DNA from: Promethearchaeota archaeon
GTDB lineage: Archaea > Asgardarchaeota > Lokiarchaeia > Sigyniarchaeales > SOKP01
DNA: 64,000 nucleotides
Assembly: GCA_016840165.1 (NCBI GenBank)
Contig: JAEOSU010000009.1
Span: forward strand, 1 to 64,000
Reading direction: 5' to 3'
Below are positions 1 through 11,408 of the stretch, one piece after another (positions within the stretch are counted from its first letter, which is position 1; the number at the start of each line of letters is the position of its first letter). The position numbers and the translations under genes were made by a program. The notes under the pieces are model-generated. The model searched no databases and was not told where the DNA came from. It saw nothing but the letters and a program-made list of their open reading frames with translations.

Positions 1-447
1 GATAATCTAAAGTGGTGGAACGGCAAAAGATGGCTTCTATCCGGCGATATAGGTTTCATGGATGAACATGGATTTATTGAAATAAGAGATAGGAAAAAAT
101 CTTTAATAAAAGTTTCAGGGCATTCAGTTTTCCCCAAAGAAGTTGAAGAACTTATGGGAGGCCATGAGATGGTTGATGAGGTAGCTGTAGCAGGATTACC
201 AGACGAATATACCGGTGAAGCTGTAAAAGCATGGGTTACACTTAAGCAGGGATTTAAAGCAGATCGCGATATCACTTCTGATCAGCTTAAAGAATGGTGT
301 ATTGAAAATATGGCGAAATGGAAATCACCAAAATACATTGAATTCGTACGTAATCTGCCTGTAAGTATGACTGGTAAAGTACAGAGAAGAGCTCTCCAAG
401 AAAAAGACCTTGAAAAGATTGAAAAAGGGAGACAGATAAAAGGATAA
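1..447 (+). CDS. AMP-binding (long-chain acyl-CoA synthetase family) protein, C-terminal part; begins upstream of the window
   Basis: Frame is open from base 1 (DNLKWWNGKRWLLSGDIGFMDEHG...). ANL-superfamily motifs are present: SGDIG, RKKSLIKVSGHSVFPKEVE, AVAGLPD, LPVSMTGKVQR. Confidence 0.9.
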   Translation, partial: DNLKWWNGKRWLLSGDIGFMDEHGFIEIRDRKKSLIKVSGHSVFPKEVEELMGGHEMVDEVAVAGLPDEYTGEAVKAWVTLKQGFKADRDITSDQLKEWCIENMAKWKSPKYIEFVRNLPVSMTGKVQRRALQEKDLEKIEKGRQIKG

Positions 448-556
448 TTATTTCTTTTTTTTTTAATTTTTTATTTTTCATATTTCGTTTTGCATAAAGT
501 TAAATTAAATTAGTTTTATAATCTTAATAATTAAATCGGAAATCTGTGATCCCAGC

Positions 557-1441
557 ATGTCCGAAGCTTTTAAGCGAATAAGTTTAGCATGTCCTAAATG
601 TGGCATAGAAAAATCCGTTAAGGTCCCTTTGGAGCTATTTAATGGAAAGGGTTTTGGAATAATCAAAATACAAGTTCCACTTGGCGGTGTTTGTGAAAAA
701 CACAACTTTCTTGTGCTACTTAATAAAGAAGGTGCTGTTTTAGGATATGAAACATTCGATATGTTGGTATCAAAACCATCAGAAGCTGGAAAGGAAGAGG
801 GGTACCCAGAAGAGCCAAATTTACAGGAGGAACTACAACAATCTGAATCAAATTTACAGAAATATGTTAATAAGTTTGGATTCAATTGTATTGTTGGATA
901 TTTACATAGTAAACTTTTTGATTATCCCTCCTATCTCATATGTCGCGACGATGTGGAGGTACAAATCGATGAAATGGAAATATTGTTCAATGGCATTATC
1001 CCTCAAACTTATAGAAATTCTCATAAACTAAATGTTGTCTTATTTGATCCTGAAATTTATCCCCAACCAGGATATTATTATGCTCTGTCAAAAAACCGAC
1101 ATCAAGACGCATTCATTATCAACCCAAATCGTCATGTTATTAATGTTCCTTGGAAAACGAATATTGATTATGAAAAAGTAATGTTGCGAAATGCTTTAAG
1201 TGAGAATAACTCTCAAAATCAGGTCAAAAAACTATCAGAATATATTAATCACTTTATAAAAGATGTAGAACATACCGTCTTATTTTTAAAGAGTGTTAAA
1301 AAAATTAAAGAAAAAGATTTAATTAATAGTTTAAATCAAGCAAATCCCTTAACAACCTTTAATAAACCACGTCTACGATTAATCCGGGAATTCATAAGTA
1401 AGCAAATTACTCCTGAATTAGCCTCTAAAATTATAATCTAA
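557..1441 (+). CDS. Hypothetical protein with N-terminal putative Zn-ribbon (CPKC...CEKH)
   Basis: 294-aa ORF; CxxC plus CxxH near the N-terminus; remainder not recognised. Confidence 0.7.
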   Translation: MSEAFKRISLACPKCGIEKSVKVPLELFNGKGFGIIKIQVPLGGVCEKHNFLVLLNKEGAVLGYETFDMLVSKPSEAGKEEGYPEEPNLQEELQQSESNLQKYVNKFGFNCIVGYLHSKLFDYPSYLICRDDVEVQIDEMEILFNGIIPQTYRNSHKLNVVLFDPEIYPQPGYYYALSKNRHQDAFIINPNRHVINVPWKTNIDYEKVMLRNALSENNSQNQVKKLSEYINHFIKDVEHTVLFLKSVKKIKEKDLINSLNQANPLTTFNKPRLRLIREFISKQITPELASKIII

Positions 1442-1452
1442 TCTCTTTCTGC

Positions 1453-3078
1453 TTATATATTTAGTCTTTTATGGGTTTTTCCCATTATTTTGTAGATGTT
1501 TATAAATTCGCTGTACAAATTATCATATGTTTCTCTATTTTCAGGATTCGGTGTATAGACATTTGCAACTTCACAACAACTCTGAACTTCATCCCATTTG
1601 AGATATCCCAGTCCAACTGATGCCATAAATGCCGCTCCACGAGCATTTGCTTGTATCGGATCCTTATTTTGACGTATTTTCCTATTTAATACATCTGCAA
1701 AAATCTGACACCATATGTTGCTGGTTGCCCCCCCTCCAATAATGGTTATTTCTGGCATTACTACATCCTTCTTTGTCATTCCTGGAGTAACTTTCATTTT
1801 TTCTTTTTGAATAAATTTTTCCACATAGGTGAGCAACCATTTTATATTATATGCGACTCCCTCAAATATTGCACGAATTATATGAGCTCGTGACATCTCT
1901 AATGAGAGATTATACAACCCGCCGCGAACAGAATGGTCATCAACAGGGGCTCTTTCTCCAAAAAGCCATGGTGTAAAGATTAGATTATTTGATCCTGCTG
2001 GAGTCTCTTCCACTATTCTATCAAAGATTTTATAGACATCGGGAACGGCCTCTTCTCTTAGGAGCTCGTCTTTATGGTATAATATCTTATCCCTAAGGAA
2101 TTGCAATGCTCCCCCCGCTATCTCTTGTTCATTAATAATCATATATTTACCTGGGATAGCTGCAGGAACGCTAGCCATATTATGGAAAATATCTGTTTTT
2201 TTGAATGGTACATGGCATAGTAACCAATCAGAAGTACCAACATATATATGACCTTCATAATCCCCTACTGCTCCAGAGCCTATTGTTGCTCCATATAAAT
2301 CGGGTGCTCCCATTATGACCTTCGTATCCTTATTTAAACCAAGTTCATCTGAAACTTCTTTACTCACTGTTCCTAATACATCAGTAGACCACTTTAAATC
2401 TGTTGGAAATTTGTCCGGATCAAGCTTTAACTTCTTTATTAATTTCTTTGAATATTTTATATCATGAATTTTCCTGATATCTGTAATCCAGTGCATTTGA
2501 ATAGAAGCATAAGAGGCAGCAAATTTACCTGTGAGTTTAAAATTTATATAATCTTGTGGTTCTAAGAAATTGTAAGTTTTCTCATAAATATCCGGTTTAT
2601 TATATTTGATCCAAAGAATATGAGCTACTGGGTCCTTACCCGACAAGCTAGGACCGCCTGCTGTTCTTTTCATCCAACTTAGCATCTTAAATAAAGAATA
2701 TCCAGAGACTTGAAACAAACTTTTATGCAACTTTTTCATATAGGAGGCTCCGCGGGTATCCATCCATATGATCGAATTCATTAGATGATTTCCATCTTTA
2801 TCTACAGCAACAGTCCCACTCCATTGACTAGTATCGCACACACCCACAATATCATCAATTGAAACGGTTCCTTTATCAATAACTTGTTTTGAAGTTTTTA
2901 AAATAGCATTCCACCATTCCTCAGGGTCTTGCTCTGCCCCTCCTCCTTTTTCCAAATACAATGGAACCTCTTGGAATGCCCACTCAACCACCTCGCCTGT
3001 TGTGCTCACCAGCGCAGATTTAGGTCCTTGAGTCCCGTGATCGATTGCTAAAATATACTTTTTTTCTGAATTTAACAT
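1453..3078 (-). CDS. FGGY-family carbohydrate kinase (xylulokinase-like)
   Basis: Motifs LAIDHGTQGPK, EQDPEEWW, IIWMDTR, PWLFGERAP, RAIFEGVA, GGGATS...QIFADV. Confidence 0.9.
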   Translation of the reverse strand: MLNSEKKYILAIDHGTQGPKSALVSTTGEVVEWAFQEVPLYLEKGGGAEQDPEEWWNAILKTSKQVIDKGTVSIDDIVGVCDTSQWSGTVAVDKDGNHLMNSIIWMDTRGASYMKKLHKSLFQVSGYSLFKMLSWMKRTAGGPSLSGKDPVAHILWIKYNKPDIYEKTYNFLEPQDYINFKLTGKFAASYASIQMHWITDIRKIHDIKYSKKLIKKLKLDPDKFPTDLKWSTDVLGTVSKEVSDELGLNKDTKVIMGAPDLYGATIGSGAVGDYEGHIYVGTSDWLLCHVPFKKTDIFHNMASVPAAIPGKYMIINEQEIAGGALQFLRDKILYHKDELLREEAVPDVYKIFDRIVEETPAGSNNLIFTPWLFGERAPVDDHSVRGGLYNLSLEMSRAHIIRAIFEGVAYNIKWLLTYVEKFIQKEKMKVTPGMTKKDVVMPEITIIGGGATSNIWCQIFADVLNRKIRQNKDPIQANARGAAFMASVGLGYLKWDEVQSCCEVANVYTPNPENRETYDNLYSEFINIYKIMGKTHKRLNI

Positions 3079-3222
3079 AGTTAATATAAAAGTTCTAAAA
3101 CTAAATAAAGGTTTTTTGAATTATGACAAAAAAGGAAAATCAGTAATCTTCGTCGTAATTAAATTAATTAGTCTTTTTACTTTTTACTAGATAAGAATAA
3201 GGATCTTTTTAGAGGATTAGAT

Positions 3223-4623
3223 ATGGATTATGAAGAAAAAGTCACTAAAATAGAAAATATTGTAAGCCAACCATTAAAAAGATTTAAACCTGAAGAATTA
3301 AAAGGAATCATTGAAAGATACGAAAAAAATCACTCAAAGTCAAAGCAAGCATTTGAAAGAGCTCGAAAAGTTATTCCTGGAGGAGTTGAGCACAACTTAG
3401 CTTTTAATTATCCATTTCCTTTAACTAGTAAACGAGTTTACGATTGTTGGATGGAGACGGTTGATAATGTAACTTTACTAGATTATCTTATGTGCGGAGG
3501 TCCCATTATCCTAGGGCATAATTATAAACCATTGACCGAAAAAGTATTAGAGGTCATTAAAGAATCAGCTCCTTGCCATGGAATTACGAGCGAATATGAA
3601 TATTTAGCTGCGGAACAATTACAAAAACATTTTCCATCCTGTGAAAAAGTGCGATGGCTGCAGAGTGGAACAGAAGCAGATATGTTAGCTATACGGGTAG
3701 CTCGTGTATTTACAGGTAAAAAATACGTAATTAAAATTGGAGGAAGCTATCATGGTTGGTCTGATCAGCTACTTTATGACTTACATATACCAGGTACTGG
3801 AAGGATGGAGTCTCATGGAATTCCAAGGGATATTTATAAATATATTGATTCAGTCCCTCCAAATGATATTGAAGCTCTTCGTCAAATGTTTAAGGAAAAA
3901 AGAAAGGTTGCTGCGGTAATTATCGAACCAATGGGAGGCGAGAGCGGAGCTATTCCAGTTAGACCAGGGTATAACAAAGAAGTAGAAGAGTTATGCCGCG
4001 AAAATGAGACTCTACTAATATCGGATGAAGTAGTTTGTGCATTTAGATTGGATATGGGAGGCGGTCAAGCGTATTTTGGCTATACTCCTGATCTTTCAGT
4101 ATTTGGAAAGATAGTTGGTCATGGATATCCTTCGGCAGCAGCATTAGCGGGACGATCAGATGTTATGGCTACCGTTGCGGCAGGAGTTGGTGGAGGGGCC
4201 AAAAGAGCATATTGTGGTGGTACATTAGCAGCAAATCCGTTAACATGTGCTGCGGCATATTGGGCTATCAAATTTGTGGAAGAGACCAATGCTACTGAAA
4301 TTGCTGGTAAGGCAGCAACAAAATTATCAATAAGAATGAATGAAATTTTCGAAAAATATAATCTACCGTGGTTTTCCTACAACTTTGGTGGAACAGTCCA
4401 TTTCCATACCTCATGTGTGTTTGGTATTGATATAACGGATCCTAAACAAGCACCTCAAGTTAAAGAACGAAAAGAATTTATGGAACAAATGGGGGCTGCT
4501 TTAGTTGATCAGGAAATCATTTCCGTCTCAGGAAGTAGGTTTTATACTTGCATTCTTCATTCTGATGATATCATAAATCACACTATTCAAAAAGTAGATG
4601 CAATCTGTCAAAAGATTGAATAA
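3223..4623 (+). CDS. Class III PLP aminotransferase (glutamate-1-semialdehyde aminomutase-like)
   Basis: Motifs IPGGV, SGTEA, GSYHG, DEVVCAFR, PDLSVFGK (PLP lysine), GTLAANP. Confidence 0.9.
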   Translation: MDYEEKVTKIENIVSQPLKRFKPEELKGIIERYEKNHSKSKQAFERARKVIPGGVEHNLAFNYPFPLTSKRVYDCWMETVDNVTLLDYLMCGGPIILGHNYKPLTEKVLEVIKESAPCHGITSEYEYLAAEQLQKHFPSCEKVRWLQSGTEADMLAIRVARVFTGKKYVIKIGGSYHGWSDQLLYDLHIPGTGRMESHGIPRDIYKYIDSVPPNDIEALRQMFKEKRKVAAVIIEPMGGESGAIPVRPGYNKEVEELCRENETLLISDEVVCAFRLDMGGGQAYFGYTPDLSVFGKIVGHGYPSAAALAGRSDVMATVAAGVGGGAKRAYCGGTLAANPLTCAAAYWAIKFVEETNATEIAGKAATKLSIRMNEIFEKYNLPWFSYNFGGTVHFHTSCVFGIDITDPKQAPQVKERKEFMEQMGAALVDQEIISVSGSRFYTCILHSDDIINHTIQKVDAICQKIE

Positions 4624-4722
4624 TTAAAATAATACCATCTATTTTCTTTATAAACAACTACTAATTTCAAATTTAGTCAAAATAAAAATTAATAAAGCAT
4701 TTTGACCAACTTTATTTAGATA

Positions 4723-6237
4723 ATGTCGGATAGACCGAATATCTTATTTTTATTAAATGATCATCAGACCTATTATGGACATGGAGAGATGTCGGGAGGT
4801 CCAAAAATACAGAGACCTCATTTTAAAAAATTAGCTTCTCAAGGCATCGAATTTTCTCATGCATATACTGCATGTCCTTTATGTGGACCAGCAAGAAGAA
4901 CACTTTTAACTGGATTATATCCTCATAATCACCGAGAATTGAAGAATGAGGTAAATTTTCCTTTCGATAAAGAAACCTATCTGGATATTTTAGGAGATAA
5001 TGGATATGATAACTATTATTATGGTAAATGGCATGCTGGTCCTGGTACTGCCCATGATCATCAATGTGAGGGTTTTAGCTACCCAAATTATAACAACCCC
5101 CTTACTAAACCAGAGTATCGGGCATATTTAAAAAGAAAAGGACTCCCTTTACTAAAAGCTCGAATCGTTCGGAGTTTCTGGGATCTTGAATGGAAAGTTC
5201 CTAAAGAGTATGGGATGCAAATTGGCAAAGAATATACACCATTAAGCCTAAATTATGAAGAAGGTGCATTTGGCATAATGACTACTCCATTAGAAACCCA
5301 CGAATCCTTTTTTCTTGCTAATCTTGCTTGTGAGAAATTAAAAGAAATTTCCCAATTAGATAATCATAAACCATTCAATATGAGGGTTGATTTTTGGGGG
5401 CCACATATGCCATACTTTGTAACTCAAGAACTTTTGGATCTGTATAATCCTGAGGAAATCCCCATACACCCAAATTTTGAATCAGATTTAAGCAATAAAC
5501 CAGAGATATATAAATTCGATTTTTATTATCCTATTAGCAAGAATGGAAGACTTCTTTATCCTAATCCACTTCCGTGGTCAGAATGGCAAAAAGTTCTAGC
5601 GATAAGTTATGCTCATAATACTCTAATAGATCAAGCAGGAGGTTTAATTCTCAATACTTTAGAAAGGTTAGGATTAGATGACAATACTCTTGTAATTTGG
5701 ACAACTGATCATGGAGATGGGTTAGCATGTCATGGAGGTCATTTTGATAAATACTCGTATATGCCAGAAGAAATGCTAAGAATACCCTTAGCTATAAAAT
5801 ATCCAAAAAAAATTCCCTCAGGTCAAGTAAGCGACAATCTTGTGAGTAATATTGATATTGCACCAACCATTCTTGATGCTGCAGGATTAAGCTTCAAAAA
5901 TGAAGTCGATGGTACAAGTTTGTTACCTTTGTGTTCGCGAGAAGATCATGAATGGAGGGAAGATCTCATGTGTGAAACCCATGGACACCATGGTCAAACT
6001 CATATAGGTAGAGCAATTCTAACAAAAAGCTACAAATATATTTTTAATTATAAGGATATGGATGAGTTATATGACTTAAAAATTGATCCCTATGAATTAA
6101 ATAATCTTATCTATGATGATAAGCAAAAAGAATTACTTGAAAATATGAAAAGTAGATTAAACAAATGGCGTTCAATAACAAATGATGAGATGGATAGAGC
6201 AACATTAAGAAAAATTGTGTCAGGAAAGATTCAATAA
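4723..6237 (+). CDS. Cys-type sulfatase-family hydrolase
   Basis: PNILFLLND, signature CGPARRTLLTG (CxPxR), GKWH, TDHG, ELYDL..DP.E. Confidence 0.9.
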   Translation: MSDRPNILFLLNDHQTYYGHGEMSGGPKIQRPHFKKLASQGIEFSHAYTACPLCGPARRTLLTGLYPHNHRELKNEVNFPFDKETYLDILGDNGYDNYYYGKWHAGPGTAHDHQCEGFSYPNYNNPLTKPEYRAYLKRKGLPLLKARIVRSFWDLEWKVPKEYGMQIGKEYTPLSLNYEEGAFGIMTTPLETHESFFLANLACEKLKEISQLDNHKPFNMRVDFWGPHMPYFVTQELLDLYNPEEIPIHPNFESDLSNKPEIYKFDFYYPISKNGRLLYPNPLPWSEWQKVLAISYAHNTLIDQAGGLILNTLERLGLDDNTLVIWTTDHGDGLACHGGHFDKYSYMPEEMLRIPLAIKYPKKIPSGQVSDNLVSNIDIAPTILDAAGLSFKNEVDGTSLLPLCSREDHEWREDLMCETHGHHGQTHIGRAILTKSYKYIFNYKDMDELYDLKIDPYELNNLIYDDKQKELLENMKSRLNKWRSITNDEMDRATLRKIVSGKIQ

Positions 6238-6369
6238 GTTTTAGATTATGTCATACTATACGTAGAATTATTTAGGACCATACTTTATTTTTCTTTACAG
6301 TACAATTATTCAACAGCAAAACCACTTAACTATTAAAGGTAATTAATTAATAAAATCCTAAACAAGTCT

Positions 6370-8496
6370 GTGAAAATTCATAAATCTATAATTTATGCAA
6401 TAGTAAAACAAATTTCATATGAGACTTTATTAGAAGAATTTCTTCAATACAGATCTGATGCGACTAATCGATTAGTTCAGAAATTTAGTAAAAATAGTAA
6501 AAGAATAAAATTAAAACTTCTTTCTAATAAAATATTTAATAGTATTATCTTGATAATTCAACCTATTTTTCTATTATTTACTTATATAAGCTTAGATCAG
6601 ACTATAACTGGAGATAGACACTTCCAAATTATATTATTTGCAAAAGCCATAAATTTGGAATTTTTTTTTGTTTTACAATTCTTTAACTTTCTATTATTAG
6701 GTATTTTTAATTTGAGTAGCATTATGTCCGGCAGAAATTTCGATTGGATTAATACTCTTCCTTTATCTCGTAAAGAATTGAAAAAATTATTTTTCTACTC
6801 TATCTACCACAATCTAAATTTACCAATCATAACAAATATGGTGACTTTTCCGATAATAATGCTTCTAGCTACTCAAAATTTTCTGGTTTTATTAGTTTCT
6901 ATAGGGGTATCAATTCTAAATAGTATCTTTACTCTCTCAATATTAATTATTTTAGGCGAAAAAATTGTTAAATTCATGATAAAGCATAAATCAAAGTCGA
7001 GAAAACCGCTATTCACTCAATTGATTAATTCTTTTAGTTATGTTATAATAATCTTTGGAGGTATTTATATTATTGAAATTGTAATGAATTTAATTGTCTC
7101 TTTCATATTAAATTTACCACAACTTAATTATTCTCCATTCTATAACATGATATTATTCTTGATACCATTTCCTTCTAATGTAAGTTATTTCATATTGATC
7201 TTTACAAATATACCTTCAATGCACATTATTTTTTGGCTTAACTTAATTTATGGTTTAGGATTATACTTAATTACAATATACTTTCTTCTTCGTAGATCAT
7301 TTAAATCGGTCGGTACCGTATTTTCACAAAAATTTAATCTAAGCGGATATGGTTCAGAAGAAAAGGATGAGTTTACAATTAATGTGAAATCCCATTATAA
7401 AGCATTTATTCGAAAAGACTTATTAATTGCTTCAAGAGATATCCAAACATCAATGAGTTTTATAATGCCCCTAATCATGTCTATAACCTTTACCTTTTTC
7501 TTTAATTTTAGTTTAATGAGTGGCAATATACCACTAACAAATATTTTATTTATAGATAACTGGTTGGTAATACTGGGATTTGCTCCCATCATTTCTGCCA
7601 TAATTGTAAATAGTATTTTAACTATTGATGAATTAGGAAGGACGGTTATGGATACACTACCTATTATCCGTCGAGAGCAAGCAAGGTCAAAACTTACCAT
7701 CATACTTTTAATACAAATACTTTCTGTTCTCTCTCCAACAGTTATTTATCTGTTCCATGATAGATTTTTTGATTTCTTCTTAGCTTTTTTGAGTGCTGTC
7801 CCTATTGTTTTGATATATTCGATCGTCACTTACCTATTAAGAATACGTTATTTTGGAAGGAAAAAATATTATTATACACTTAATGAAGTTTGGCCTGAGA
7901 ATAAAGTAGGAAAATGGACTTTAATTTTCACTGTAAATTACCTGTTTTATATAATTATTTTTGAAATCTCCTATTTTTTATTTTTAGTTTTTGGTTTTTT
8001 CATTTTTTTAGTTAGTGAAATAATCCTTTCCATAGTTATTATTCTCTTTTTAAAAAGCAGATTTGATAAATATTTCCCTATGGATTCAAAAAGAAAGTGG
8101 AGTTTAGGAATCGCAATTTTCCTATTATATTGTTACGTATTATTCAATATTTTCTTATTTAGCACAATTATATCATTCCCAATTGGTATTATTTCTTTAT
8201 CAGCATTAATAATTTTATCGGGATGCATTTTAATTGTGAAATTTCTTATAAAACAAAGGAATAAAAATAAAATCATAATGAGAAAACAAAGATCTCCAAA
8301 AATGATGAGAATAAGTGACAAAAAGATAAATAAATCAGTTATTTTTCTGAGTTTGGCAGTCTTATTTTTCATAGGTAGTTTAATTCCACGATTTGGTAAC
8401 TTTTTGCCATTTGCCCATTTGCTTATGGGTGCTTTTTTAATCCAACTTGGAATTTTAATATTCTATATCGCGTTTAAAATAAAAGGACGCAATTGA
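6370..8496 (+). CDS. Polytopic membrane protein, ABC-2-type permease-like
   Basis: More than 12 hydrophobic segments; two internal 'TLP(L/I)' motifs; 'KD..IASR' motif at the start of the second half; GTG start. Confidence 0.65.
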   Translation: MKIHKSIIYAIVKQISYETLLEEFLQYRSDATNRLVQKFSKNSKRIKLKLLSNKIFNSIILIIQPIFLLFTYISLDQTITGDRHFQIILFAKAINLEFFFVLQFFNFLLLGIFNLSSIMSGRNFDWINTLPLSRKELKKLFFYSIYHNLNLPIITNMVTFPIIMLLATQNFLVLLVSIGVSILNSIFTLSILIILGEKIVKFMIKHKSKSRKPLFTQLINSFSYVIIIFGGIYIIEIVMNLIVSFILNLPQLNYSPFYNMILFLIPFPSNVSYFILIFTNIPSMHIIFWLNLIYGLGLYLITIYFLLRRSFKSVGTVFSQKFNLSGYGSEEKDEFTINVKSHYKAFIRKDLLIASRDIQTSMSFIMPLIMSITFTFFFNFSLMSGNIPLTNILFIDNWLVILGFAPIISAIIVNSILTIDELGRTVMDTLPIIRREQARSKLTIILLIQILSVLSPTVIYLFHDRFFDFFLAFLSAVPIVLIYSIVTYLLRIRYFGRKKYYYTLNEVWPENKVGKWTLIFTVNYLFYIIIFEISYFLFLVFGFFIFLVSEIILSIVIILFLKSRFDKYFPMDSKRKWSLGIAIFLLYCYVLFNIFLFSTIISFPIGIISLSALIILSGCILIVKFLIKQRNKNKIIMRKQRSPKMMRISDKKINKSVIFLSLAVLFFIGSLIPRFGNFLPFAHLLMGAFLIQLGILIFYIAFKIKGRN

Positions 8497-8577
8497 ATGA
8501 ATTTTAAAAATAAGCCATTAGTCAACTAAATTAAAAGAACCTTTTAATTTGAAATTTAATTTTATATCAGATAGGAA

Positions 8578-9612
8578 GTGGTTACTATGGCAAAGCAAAT
8601 TGAAATAATAAAACCTTCAAATCTATTTAATGAAGATGGAACTCTCGTTCAACAAGGATGGGCACGAAAACCTATATTAAATTATAATAAAGAAAATATT
8701 GGAAAAGGCTGGAGCAGAATTAAAGAATGGGATCATTATTCCATATTGAACAAGGAGTTTGGATTTCAACTCACAATAGGAGATATTGGATATTTAACTC
8801 AAATGAGTTATGTGTGGCTTGATTTCAAAAAAAAGGAAAGATTCGGACGCTCAATTATGAAATTCTTTACTAAATCAAAAATCCTACCCCTAAGTTCTAC
8901 AGAAGACAGTATAATTGAATTTCCAACCGAAAAATTTAGTTCAATAATGGAGAAGAGAGGAAATAAGAGAATTCTCACTATAAAAGATGATACATTTTTG
9001 GAAAAGGGTATAGATGGGACAATTACTCTTACTGATAATCCCGATTGGGATAATACAGTTGTAGTTACAGGGTATAAGGAAGATCCAAAACGATTCTACT
9101 ACAACCATAAGATTAATATGATGCCCGCTGAGGGAGAAATCTCGTTAGGTGATAAATCTTATAGTTTTCAACCAGACACTTCTTTTGGTCTAATGGACTG
9201 GGGGCGGGGAATATGGCCGTATAAAACCCATTGGTTATGGGGTTCTGCTTGTGGTATGGTTGATGGAGTACCAGTTGCGTTCAATATTGGTTATGGGTTT
9301 GGGGATCTTTCAAATCATACTGAAAATATTATCTTTTATAACGGTAAAGCACATAAAATCGATGAGGTAACCTTTCATCACGAAAATCGTGATCCAACAA
9401 AACCTTGGGAATTTACTAGTAATGATAATCGATTTACTATGACTTTAGACCCATTAATCCCTCATACAGAAAAAATAAATTTTGGGTTAATTTATCTCAA
9501 CTCCTCGTTAATGCACGGCCTTTATTCTGGGAAATTAGTTTTAGATAATGGTGAAAAGTTGGAAATTAAGAACATGCTCGGTCATGCCGAAGATATCTAT
9601 TGGCGTTGGTAG
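8578..9612 (+). CDS. DUF2804-like protein
   Basis: GWARKP, RIKEWDHY, FYYNHKIN.MPAEG, DWGRGIWPY, FNIGYGFGD, GHAE at the C-terminus. True start is probably the ATG at 8587. Confidence 0.75.
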   Translation: MVTMAKQIEIIKPSNLFNEDGTLVQQGWARKPILNYNKENIGKGWSRIKEWDHYSILNKEFGFQLTIGDIGYLTQMSYVWLDFKKKERFGRSIMKFFTKSKILPLSSTEDSIIEFPTEKFSSIMEKRGNKRILTIKDDTFLEKGIDGTITLTDNPDWDNTVVVTGYKEDPKRFYYNHKINMMPAEGEISLGDKSYSFQPDTSFGLMDWGRGIWPYKTHWLWGSACGMVDGVPVAFNIGYGFGDLSNHTENIIFYNGKAHKIDEVTFHHENRDPTKPWEFTSNDNRFTMTLDPLIPHTEKINFGLIYLNSSLMHGLYSGKLVLDNGEKLEIKNMLGHAEDIYWRW

Positions 9613-9750
9613 TGCTTTTACTATATTTTCTTTCTATTATTTAATAAATTTCTGATTTCAATCCGATTTTAATTTAAAGAAGAAATATTTTTTTAGTATT
9701 AAAAATTAAAAACAAGCAGTAATAATCAAAAACAACATTCAATTAAGAAG

Positions 9751-10425
9751 ATGCGGATTTACGTATTCGCTCCCCATCCCGATGATGAAGTTTTTGGAGC
9801 GGGAGGTCCTATTTTAAAGTGGTTAGAGGAAGATCATGAAGTTTTTATAATTTGGCTTACTGATGGACGAGCAGGCTATAGAAAGTCTAGAGAACTTGGT
9901 ACTCTAATTGATAATGAAGAGACCAGAATAACTGAAGAACAATTAGCAGAAAAAAGATTAGCTGAAGCTGCTGCTTCTGCAAAAGTTCTCGGAATAAAAC
10001 CTGAAAATTGTTCCTTTTTAAAATATCATGATAGAGATTTACAAAATCATGTATATGACGCTGTGGAGAAGGTTGCCAGAATTATAAAAAATCCTGATAG
10101 ATTCGTAATTTCCAGTACAAATAATGAACATCCTGACCATCAAGCAACTCATGATATTGCCGTAAAAGTAGCAGAAAAATTAAACTTAAAGGACATAGAA
10201 TTTTACGTATATGCTTATCACACCGCTCTAAAAGCTAATGCGGAGCATCTTGTAACTGTTAGATTTGGAAATCTGCGATTCAAAGCACTCGAAGCTTTGA
10301 AAAAACATCGTTCCCAATTTTTCACACCGGATTTAGAATGGCAAAGTAAATGGGTGGAAGGGAAAAGAAGAGATTATTATGGTCGCTATAAATTAGCGGA
10401 TAAAGGAAAGTTCTATAATTTCTGA
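9751..10425 (+). CDS. PIG-L/LmbE family deacetylase
   Basis: APHPDDE, TDG, HPDH, H.SQ motifs. Confidence 0.9.
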   Translation: MRIYVFAPHPDDEVFGAGGPILKWLEEDHEVFIIWLTDGRAGYRKSRELGTLIDNEETRITEEQLAEKRLAEAAASAKVLGIKPENCSFLKYHDRDLQNHVYDAVEKVARIIKNPDRFVISSTNNEHPDHQATHDIAVKVAEKLNLKDIEFYVYAYHTALKANAEHLVTVRFGNLRFKALEALKKHRSQFFTPDLEWQSKWVEGKRRDYYGRYKLADKGKFYNF

Positions 10426-10447
10426 AATATTTTTATAGGCAATAAAG

Positions 10448-11200
10448 ATGTATGAAAAATCATTGCTAAAAGAAGCAGCCAAGATAATTCAAAAAGAAAA
10501 TGATATAGTAGTTTTCACCGGAGCTGGCTCTTCAACTGAATCTGGTATTGCAGACTTTAGAAGTGAAGGTGGTTTATGGTCAAGATACGATCCTTCAATC
10601 TATGCGAATTACTTTTACTTCTTAAAGGATCCGACTAAATTCTGGGAAATGCATAACGATTTAGTCGACATCCTGGTAAAAGCAGAGCCTAATGATATTC
10701 ATTTAGGCGTAGTAGCATTAGAAAAATTAGGTAAAGTAAGTGCTATTATTACTCAAAATATAGATTCTCTGCATCAAAAAGCTGGAAGTGGTTCTTACAG
10801 TGATATTCCAATATATGAATTACATGGAACCTATAGGAAATTAGAATGTATTGAATGTAAAAATGAATATCACTTCGAAGAAATCGAGACAAAGAATATT
10901 CAATATCCCGTTTGTAAATGTGGGGGTTTAATTAAGCCTAAAGTTGTATTATTTGGTGAAGCCTTACCTGCGGGTGTATTAGATGCTGCAATGAACGCTG
11001 CACAAAATTGCGATTGTTTTCTGATGATTGGTAGTTCCTTATTAGTATCCCCCGCAAATTTCTTACCCCCAATTGCTAAACAAAGTGGAGCAAAAGTAAT
11101 TTTTATTAATCGAGATCCCACTCCAATGGATGACATCGCAGATGTCTTTTTAAAAGGTAACGGTGGAGAAATACTTTCCGAGATAATTAGCTTGTTATAA
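10448..11200 (+). CDS. cobB: NAD-dependent protein deacylase, Sir2 family
   Basis: TGAGSSTESGIADFR, TQNIDSLH, ELHG, CxxC...CxC zinc site, KP.VVLFGE, GSSL.V.PA. Confidence 0.92.
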   Translation: MYEKSLLKEAAKIIQKENDIVVFTGAGSSTESGIADFRSEGGLWSRYDPSIYANYFYFLKDPTKFWEMHNDLVDILVKAEPNDIHLGVVALEKLGKVSAIITQNIDSLHQKAGSGSYSDIPIYELHGTYRKLECIECKNEYHFEEIETKNIQYPVCKCGGLIKPKVVLFGEALPAGVLDAAMNAAQNCDCFLMIGSSLLVSPANFLPPIAKQSGAKVIFINRDPTPMDDIADVFLKGNGGEILSEIISLL

Positions 11201-11408
11201 TGTCTTTCAAAAGTAATAAGATTTAGTAAATTCTAGTAATTACACCTTTTTTAACATTTTTTAGCTTTTGGGCTTCAGAAAAAACATAAGATTTAAATAT
11301 CACTTATCAATTAAAAAATGGGAATTTACAAATTTTTGAGACACTATTTTAATAGCCCTTTTTTAAATGAGAAATTTTTAAATAATTTTAGAGGGATATC
11401 ATTAAAAG

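Noticed and set aside
10448-11200. Sir2 as a defence-system effector partnering the TIR protein
   Set aside because: It is a canonical stand-alone CobB-type deacylase with a zinc-binding subdomain, 10 kb from the TIR gene.
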